Shown: positions 57,765 to 64,000 of the stretch, piece after piece
How the letters are laid out: every line of letters starts with the position of its first letter
Numbering within the stretch: the first letter of the stretch is position 1
Origin: Candidatus Binataceae bacterium
Lineage (GTDB): Bacteria; Desulfobacterota; Binatia; Binatales; Binataceae
DNA: 64,000 nucleotides
Reading direction: 5' to 3'
NCBI GenBank assembly: GCA_035524095.1
Contig: DATKPK010000046.1
Coordinates: 5,078-69,077 of the forward strand
Notes under the pieces: generated by a model
What the model saw: the letters and a program-made list of their open reading frames with translations, nothing else
Told to the model about the DNA's origin: nothing
The model's database searches: none
Program-made: the position numbers and the translations under genes

Positions 57765-58860
57765 ATGCAAGGTCTTGAAGGCGTCCGCGTTCTTGAAATG
57801 GGCAACCTCGTATCTGCCTCTTATGCCGCAAAATTGCTCGCTGACCTTGGCGCGGACGTGGTCAAAATCGAACCACCCAATGGTGACGAAGCGCGCCGCC
57901 GCGGCCCTTTCCCGAACCGTCGTCCGGATTCGGAACAAAGCGGACTTTTTCTCTATCTGAATACTAACAAGCGCAGCATCATCCTCGACCCGATTGCCGA
58001 TTGCGCTCGGTTCCTCGACGCGGTCGCATGGGCCGACCTCTTAATTCATAACTTCTCGCCACGACAAATCACCGAACTCGGGCTCGATTTCACCGCGCTG
58101 AGCGTTCACAACCCGCGCCTCGTTGTATGCGCAATTACTCCCTTCGGCCTCACTGGACCTCATTGCGATTATGAGGCCTCCGAATTGACAATAGCTCACG
58201 GCGGCGGATGGGCCTGGCTGAGCCCCAACGGGGCCGACGATCCTGCGCTGCCACCGCTGAAAGCCGCCGGCCATCAGACGGACTTTCAGGTCGGCGCAGC
58301 TGCCGCAACGGTCTCCGCTGCCGCGTTGTATCGTGCCGGCACCACTGGCGTAGGCGAACTGATCGATCTCTCGTCACAGGCCTATATCGCGTCGATCCTC
58401 GAGCAAAACTTTGTCCACTATACTTACGCCGGGAATATTGCCACGCGCCTCGGACGCCGCCTGCTCTACCCGTGGGGAACTTTCCAGTGTAAAGACCGCC
58501 CTGCTTTGGGATGCGTGACCTCGTGAAAGTAGCCGCGGGATTGTAGCTGCGGCTGCGCGGGCAAATCTGCCATCGTGGACGCGGGCGCGAAGCAGATACG
58601 GTTCGCCTGCCCCTGCTGGAAAAGGTCGTCGGCATTCCAATTCGCCATCCACTCCTCCATATACATGCGCAGTACGTCGGAATTCTCGGACCGGCTGTAC
58701 CCGTCCTTAAAGATTTCCCATTCGGCCCATTCCGGATTACCCATCAGTTCTACCAGCCGGCGCCATTGCGATTACTCACTTAGGCGCGCCTTATCGACTG
58801 CATGAACCTTGGTGGAAGCTCCGCCGGCCAGCGCCGCTGCTCGGTCAGCATAATGACGAA
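57765..58860 (+). pseudogene. CoA-transferase family III gene disrupted by an in-place inversion of its central ~275 bp
   Basis: The plus strand encodes a family III N-terminal half up to ...YPWGTFQCKD at about 58496. The following part (MGNPEWAEW...DLPAQPQLQSRGYFHEVTHPKAG) is encoded on the minus strand at 58499-58771. The plus strand then resumes with the C-terminal tail GAPYRLHEPWWKLRRPAPLLGQHNDEV at 58783-58860 in a different frame. About 12 expected residues (GW.AIAA.ND.) are missing at the left junction. Confidence 0.5.
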
Positions 58861-60141
58861 GTGCGCTCGTTGATCGCTCATCCGCAGGCCGCCAATCCGG
58901 CTTCGGCACGTATCGCGAGCTCCAATTCACGTCCCCTCGACGGCATTCGCGTGCTCAATTTCAGTTGGGTATGGGCGGGCCCGTTCTGCACGATGCAACT
59001 GGCTCATCTCGGCGCAGAGGTAATCAAGATTGAATCGCGGGAGCGCCTTGATATCGGCCGCCGCCTGCCGATTTATCCCAAGGGCATGGAAGGCAATCTC
59101 GATCGTTGCGGTTATTACAACCAGTGGCATCAGGGCAAAAAGAGTGTCCAACTCAATTTCGCCCATCCCGAGGCCCTAGCGATTGCTAGAGAACTCGCCG
59201 CCACAGCAGACGTGGTCGTCGATAACTTCGCGACTGGCGTGATGGATGACTTCGGCCTTGGCCACGACGAATTGCGCCGGCTCAAACCCGACCTGATCGT
59301 CGCATCGATCACTGGATACGGCCATACGGGACCGCAGAAGGACTACATGGGTTACGGCCCTGCGATCGTCATGATTTCTGGCCTCGCCTCGCTCACCGGT
59401 TATCAAGGCGGGCCGCCGCGCGAGGTCGGCATCTCGCTCGGCGATCCCAATGGCGGTATCCATGCGGCCTTCGCCATCTGCGCGTCGCTACTTGCCCGCC
59501 GCCGTACCGGATGTAGCGGCCAGTCGATCGACTTATCGCTATGGGAGGCTATGGCTGCGCTGCTGCCAGAAGGCTGGATGGAATTCGCCATGAATCGTAC
59601 GCAACCGCCACGTATCGGGAATCGTGACCCGCTGATGGCGCCGCACGACTGCTATCGATGCGCCGGTGAGGACGAATGGGTTTCCATCGCCTGCCGCACC
59701 GACCATGAATTCGCTGAACTGTGCCGCATTATCGGCCGCCCCGAACTCGCGACGGCTGACGGGTACCGCAGTGCTGGCGCGCGGAAAGCTCGGGAGGATG
59801 AACTCGACGCGATAATCTCGGCGTGGACGGCGACGCGATCCAAATTTGAGATCACCGCGATTCTGCAGGAGGCCAAAATACCTGCCTTCCCGAGTATGAA
59901 CAGCAAGGACCTCGCCGAGGACCCGCAACTCAATGAGCGTGGCTTTTTCGAGCGCCTGTCCCATCCTGCGGTCGGCACCCAAACGCACGCCGGCATCCCC
60001 TGGCTATTGACGAACAGTCCGAACGGCGTTCGCACGGCAGCCCCGACACTCGGCCAGCACACCCGTGAGGTTTTGCGCAATCTACTGGACTACTCAGACG
60101 AAAAGATCGAGGCGCTCACGCGCAACGGCATCCTCGCCTGA
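58861..60141 (+). CDS. CoA-transferase family III (CaiB/BaiF-like)
   Basis: LDGIRVLNFSWVWAGPFCTMQLAHLGAEVIKIE...MGRPELA...DPQLNERGFF...APTLGQHTREVL is a complete family III protein. The exact start is uncertain: GTG at 58861, or TTG a few codons on. The frame is continuous with the tail of the upstream disrupted copy. Confidence 0.8.
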   Translation: MRSLIAHPQAANPASARIASSNSRPLDGIRVLNFSWVWAGPFCTMQLAHLGAEVIKIESRERLDIGRRLPIYPKGMEGNLDRCGYYNQWHQGKKSVQLNFAHPEALAIARELAATADVVVDNFATGVMDDFGLGHDELRRLKPDLIVASITGYGHTGPQKDYMGYGPAIVMISGLASLTGYQGGPPREVGISLGDPNGGIHAAFAICASLLARRRTGCSGQSIDLSLWEAMAALLPEGWMEFAMNRTQPPRIGNRDPLMAPHDCYRCAGEDEWVSIACRTDHEFAELCRIIGRPELATADGYRSAGARKAREDELDAIISAWTATRSKFEITAILQEAKIPAFPSMNSKDLAEDPQLNERGFFERLSHPAVGTQTHAGIPWLLTNSPNGVRTAAPTLGQHTREVLRNLLDYSDEKIEALTRNGILA

Positions 60142-60237
60142 GACATTCAGTAACTAGGCATACGGTCAATGAATTGTTATGACATAGGCCTCGCTTACAG
60201 CCTGCGCAGCAAAATTTAGAGAACTGAGGTAACATCA

Positions 60238-61206
60238 ATGGCCATCAACACAGTCGCCGGCAAACTCGATCCTAGAGAACTGGGGTCGACCCTTATCCAC
60301 GAACATCTCGCAGCCGGGATGCCGGGATGGGAGTTCGACAACCATCACTTCGACCGCAAGCGCGAGCTCGCCAAAGTCGTCGAGCGGCTCAAGGAAATCC
60401 GCGGCCTTGGCATCTCAAGCATGGTCGACCCCTGCCCGATGGAACTCGGGCGTGACCCTGAGTTCGCCGCCGAAGCCTCGGAGAAATCCGGCGTCAAAAT
60501 CGTCATCGCCACGGGCGTGTACAACGAAGCGCTCGGCTTCCCGATGCATTTCCGCATGCTTGAACCTGACGACATCGCTGAAATCTATGTGCGCGAAATC
60601 ACCGAAGGTATCGGCAAAACGGGAATTAAAGCAGGTATCATCAAGACCGCGACCGGCGGCGTGCCCGGATGGACGGTGGACGAGGCTATCACGAAGAACG
60701 AAGAGAAGGCGCTGCGCGCTGCTGCACGCACCCAAAAGGCTACCGGCGTCCCGATCCTATGCCATAACAATGAAATGTCGCCGTTTGGCCGCGAAACCCT
60801 CGATATCTTCGAATCCGAGGGCGTCGATTTCAACAACGTACTCATCGGCCATGCCTGCGGTGTCGGTAACATGCGTTACTACTTCGATATTCTCGAGCGC
60901 GGCGCGTGGCTTGGCTTTGACCGCTTTGGGATCGAGCCGATCGCTCCCGACAAGATGCGCCTTGCTTCGCTAGTCGGCCTGCTCGCGGTTGGCTACGACC
61001 GCATCATGCTCTCGCACGACGCCGTCGCGTGCTGGCTCGGACGTGAAACTCCTGCCGTCAAGAGGATGATGGACGCGTCTCCAAATAATAACTACGCACA
61101 CATCTCAAAGAATATCCTGCCGGCGATGCGCAAGATGGGTGTCAGCGACGAAAAAATTCGGACACTGATGGTAGACAATCCGAAGAACTACTTCGGCGGC
61201 CACTAG
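60238..61206 (+). CDS. phosphotriesterase-family hydrolase (PTE-like lactonase / aryldialkylphosphatase-related)
   Basis: GSTLIHEHL (HxH binuclear-metal motif) near the N-terminus; TIM-barrel length 322 aa. Confidence 0.8.
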   Translation: MAINTVAGKLDPRELGSTLIHEHLAAGMPGWEFDNHHFDRKRELAKVVERLKEIRGLGISSMVDPCPMELGRDPEFAAEASEKSGVKIVIATGVYNEALGFPMHFRMLEPDDIAEIYVREITEGIGKTGIKAGIIKTATGGVPGWTVDEAITKNEEKALRAAARTQKATGVPILCHNNEMSPFGRETLDIFESEGVDFNNVLIGHACGVGNMRYYFDILERGAWLGFDRFGIEPIAPDKMRLASLVGLLAVGYDRIMLSHDAVACWLGRETPAVKRMMDASPNNNYAHISKNILPAMRKMGVSDEKIRTLMVDNPKNYFGGH

Positions 61207-61389
61207 AACACGATCCTAGGTTGAGTAAGCGAATTAGCGGAGATAGGGTTCGTCTTCAAATCCGCGCGACTGTGAGGCTGCGAACTAGCCGCACTGAGAC
61301 TTCGTCTCGCATTTGAGAGAATGTGGAACCTGGTGGGAGGCGTATGGCGAAACCAGATGCTTCCCACCTACCATCAACTGACTATTGCT

Positions 61390-62229
61390 TTATTCTCGCG
61401 ATGACAGCGCGAACGTGAATTCGAGAGCATCGACTCCCTCTGCACCACCCCTGATATAGTCGACTGTCAATTCATCCTTCGCGCCGAATACGGCATCGGA
61501 GTCTATGTAACGATCGCCCGCTATATACAGCGCGGTCGTCAACGTCTCGTATCCTTCTGCGCTGATTAGAAAATGGATATGGGCGGGACGGAAGGAATGT
61601 CTTCCTTCGGCCCTCAGGAGTTTGCCCACTGGCCCGTCAGTCGGCACCGAATAGCTCATCGGCTTGGTCGTGCGAAAAGCGAAACGTCCATCCGGTTCAC
61701 TCCGGAAACGCCCACGCATATTTATTTCCGGCTGATTCGGATCCTGCAAATCGTAAAGGCCATTTGCCGCTGCCTGCCACACATCGATTAACGCATTCGC
61801 GAGCGGCTTACCGTTGCCATTGATTACTCGCCCTTTGACTGACAATGGTTCCCCTTGAGTCAGATCATGAGCGATACTCTCGCCATTCTTTAGCTCCGGC
61901 ATACCAGGCCGATAAAACGGTCCGAGCAGGCTCGATGCCGTCCCACCGTGATCGCTATTCGCATGCTCGATCATATCCACCAATGCGCTGAGCCCCAGCG
62001 TGTCCGACAACAGGATAAATTCTTGACGCTTGTCATCGCTCATTTGACCGGTACGTGTCAGAAACTCGATTCCCGTCGTCCATTCGGATGGTGTCAGCCG
62101 CACCTCTCGCGCAAAGTCATGTAGATGGCGGGTCAGCGCGATGACGATCTCTTTGAGCCGCGCATTCGGTGTATCAGACAGACGCGCCGTCGCTTCAGCA
62201 GTTATATTCGCTTCACTCAAAAGCTTCAT
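61390..62229 (-). CDS. intradiol ring-cleavage dioxygenase (catechol / hydroxyquinol 1,2-dioxygenase family)
   Basis: LIDVWQAAANGLY and RPAHIHF motifs (Fe3+ ligands Tyr/His); 279 aa. Confidence 0.8.
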   Translation of the reverse strand: MKLLSEANITAEATARLSDTPNARLKEIVIALTRHLHDFAREVRLTPSEWTTGIEFLTRTGQMSDDKRQEFILLSDTLGLSALVDMIEHANSDHGGTASSLLGPFYRPGMPELKNGESIAHDLTQGEPLSVKGRVINGNGKPLANALIDVWQAAANGLYDLQDPNQPEINMRGRFRSEPDGRFAFRTTKPMSYSVPTDGPVGKLLRAEGRHSFRPAHIHFLISAEGYETLTTALYIAGDRYIDSDAVFGAKDELTVDYIRGGAEGVDALEFTFALSSRE

Positions 62230-62230
62230 C

Positions 62231-63700
62231 TTACTTGCTATTCACTGTGCCTTCCGCTCGTATCAACTCGCGTGCTGCGGCTTCAACGACCGTTCCCTTG
62301 AAGAAATCTGGATTGACCTCAGCCTTGGCCCGCGCGGGATTCGCGAAAACAAAGTCGCGAAAGTCATCTTCTGTGATAAGTCCGTGCTCAGCCAACTCCC
62401 ACGCCTCTGCTGCAGCATCACGCATATCTGGCAAATCCCAGTGTCCTATATCTGAACTATATATCGCGTTGAGACGCGCGCCGAATGCGTTCTTGCCACG
62501 ATCGAACGCCAGCGCCGTTATGCGATCGTCACCCTCGCAGCCGAAGTAGAACTTCGGCACGAAAAGATCGCGAATATCAGTCACCGTTTGGATTTGACAG
62601 CGTGACCATTCATCATTTGCCGCCGAATCCTCGCGCGCACCCCACAGCAATTGCGAACGCTCCTCGATTGGCATCCGCTTTAATTCTCGACGGTAAGTGC
62701 CGTACTCATCGAACAACTGCGCCATCAATTGCTCGTCGAGCTTCGCTGGATCGAAACGATCGAGGACTCGCGGATTATGCTTCTCCCAATGGCCGGCGAT
62801 ATCCCCAAGCAAGCTGGAAGCCCATCCCACTCCACCTTCGAGGAAGCCAAATCGCAGTTGCGGAAAGCGCCGCGTCACGCCGCCAAAAAACACCGCCTTA
62901 CAGATCGCTTCGCTCGACGCGGCGAAGTGCCCAATATGGTTATACATGAAGTTGCTAATCGAATTACGCAGCCCGATTCCGGCAGACGGCGAATGGAACG
63001 TCGGCGCTACCTTAAGCTTTACACATTCAGCCCAAACCGAATCGTAATCGTATTCACTATCGAGGCACAGGCTGTCCAGCCAATAAGCGTAGCGCCGCGC
63101 CGCTCCATCAGCCGCTGTGATTGGCCGCCGCACCCATGCAGCCATTACCGCTGCCTTGAGCCCGAGAGTCGCACAGTGTCGCAATTCGGCGATCGCCTCG
63201 CCCGGGGTGTGCATCGGAATTATCGCCACCGGCGTGATTCGATCGGAGTATTCCCGGAAGATATCCGCATTGAGATTATTGAGTGCGCGACAGGCGACAC
63301 CGCGTAATTCATCGTCGCTGAGATGGAGCAAAAACAGTCCGAGGCTTGGATAGACGATCGTGAAATCGATACCCATCTCGTCGAGCCGCTGATGCATCAA
63401 CTTCGGCAATGAACTGGTGGCTCGATCAAGTGTATTTTTCGTTGGATGAACCCACCAATGCGGCCGCGGCTGCCGCTGCGCCCGACGTTCTGCTTCCGTC
63501 AGCCGGTACCATCTGAAGGAGAACGGGCTGTCGGGCAGAGATTTCAACCGTTCGACGGCAGAGTCGCCGCCAAGTTGCCTGAGATAGTCGAAAAACTCGG
63601 GCTCGAATTCCGCCACATGGCCGTCGGAATCGATTATTGGATGATTCAGCTTCGCTCGAATTGCCGCCGAGCGCGATTGTTTTCCGTTTGTCGAGCTCAT
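62231..63700 (-). CDS. amidohydrolase family 2 metal-dependent hydrolase
   Basis: PIIDSDGHV near the N-terminus and a TIM-barrel-length body. Start taken at MSSTNG (63700). Its stop is one nt from the dioxygenase start. Confidence 0.7.
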   Translation of the reverse strand: MSSTNGKQSRSAAIRAKLNHPIIDSDGHVAEFEPEFFDYLRQLGGDSAVERLKSLPDSPFSFRWYRLTEAERRAQRQPRPHWWVHPTKNTLDRATSSLPKLMHQRLDEMGIDFTIVYPSLGLFLLHLSDDELRGVACRALNNLNADIFREYSDRITPVAIIPMHTPGEAIAELRHCATLGLKAAVMAAWVRRPITAADGAARRYAYWLDSLCLDSEYDYDSVWAECVKLKVAPTFHSPSAGIGLRNSISNFMYNHIGHFAASSEAICKAVFFGGVTRRFPQLRFGFLEGGVGWASSLLGDIAGHWEKHNPRVLDRFDPAKLDEQLMAQLFDEYGTYRRELKRMPIEERSQLLWGAREDSAANDEWSRCQIQTVTDIRDLFVPKFYFGCEGDDRITALAFDRGKNAFGARLNAIYSSDIGHWDLPDMRDAAAEAWELAEHGLITEDDFRDFVFANPARAKAEVNPDFFKGTVVEAAARELIRAEGTVNSK

Positions 63701-63741
63701 CTGGCTATTCCTATGTAGAGTGGCTATGCGCTCCGCAGGTT

Positions 63742-64000
63742 TTAGAAGGCGATTGGGTTCGCCTTGAGCTTGTTGCTTGCGTACAGTTCGGGCAATGCCG
63801 GATCGGCGTTTTCCCACACTAGTAGCATCGAGCGCTTGGGCGACATCCCCTGATGGCGTATGTCGGCCGGCATTGCCGCCACATCACCAGCCTTCATGAT
63901 TACGCGCGCTCGCGCCTCACCGGTGTCTCTATCAGCTACTTCCCAATGTATCTCGTCGCTTAGCTGAATGAACCATTCAACACGATCATTGCCGTGAATT
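63742..64000 (-). CDS. cupin-domain protein, 5' part outside window
   Basis: The minus-strand translation ...HGNDRVEWFIQLSDEIHWEVADRDTGEARARVIMKAGDVAAMPADIRHQG...ANPIAF* (stop at 63742-44) shows cupin G.....G(D/N)....P..H-type motifs. It is open at the window edge. Confidence 0.5.
   Translation of the reverse strand, partial: IHGNDRVEWFIQLSDEIHWEVADRDTGEARARVIMKAGDVAAMPADIRHQGMSPKRSMLLVWENADPALPELYASNKLKANPIAF

Overview
This is a high-GC (about 60%) bacterial chromosomal segment carrying roughly 60 protein-coding genes, a four-tRNA cluster (Pro-TGG, Arg-TCT, His-GTG, Lys-CTT) and no CRISPR array, IS element or phage integrase that I could recognise. Ordinary chromosomal genes: asnB, a split pqiA-pqiA-pqiB-pqiC envelope lipid-transport operon, xerC-hslV-hslU, glmU, mscL, argB, fabI, a class II aldolase, PPK2, a SulP permease, a FUSC exporter and a CsoR/RcnR-RcnA metal-efflux pair. 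Two catabolic-looking clusters are present. At 5-9 kb: a CoA-transferase III, an amidohydrolase-2 and a crotonase. At 56-64 kb: an LLM monooxygenase, tandem CoA-transferases III, a phosphotriesterase-like hydrolase, an intradiol dioxygenase, an amidohydrolase-2 and a cupin. The most unusual content is as follows. (1) A sigma-54 module at 27.5-31.4 kb: an APH-like kinase, a sigma-54 activator with a non-receiver N-terminal sensor domain, a well-spaced GG-N10-GC promoter, a SHOCT-like protein and a small HU-N-terminal-like protein; the SHOCT-like protein has a paralogue 24 kb away. (2) A lower-GC, AT-rich block around the tRNA cluster encoding a CYTH-like protein and a standalone Pat-type GNAT next to a zinc-ribbon protein. 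(3) Several decayed genes: a phosphoesterase with a nonsense codon plus two frameshifts, a frameshifted CBS gene, a pyruvate-kinase remnant, and a CoA-transferase whose middle section is inverted in place. (4) A sulfatase with a C-terminal dockerin-like module. All calls rest on reading the six-frame translations for family motifs; no database search was possible.
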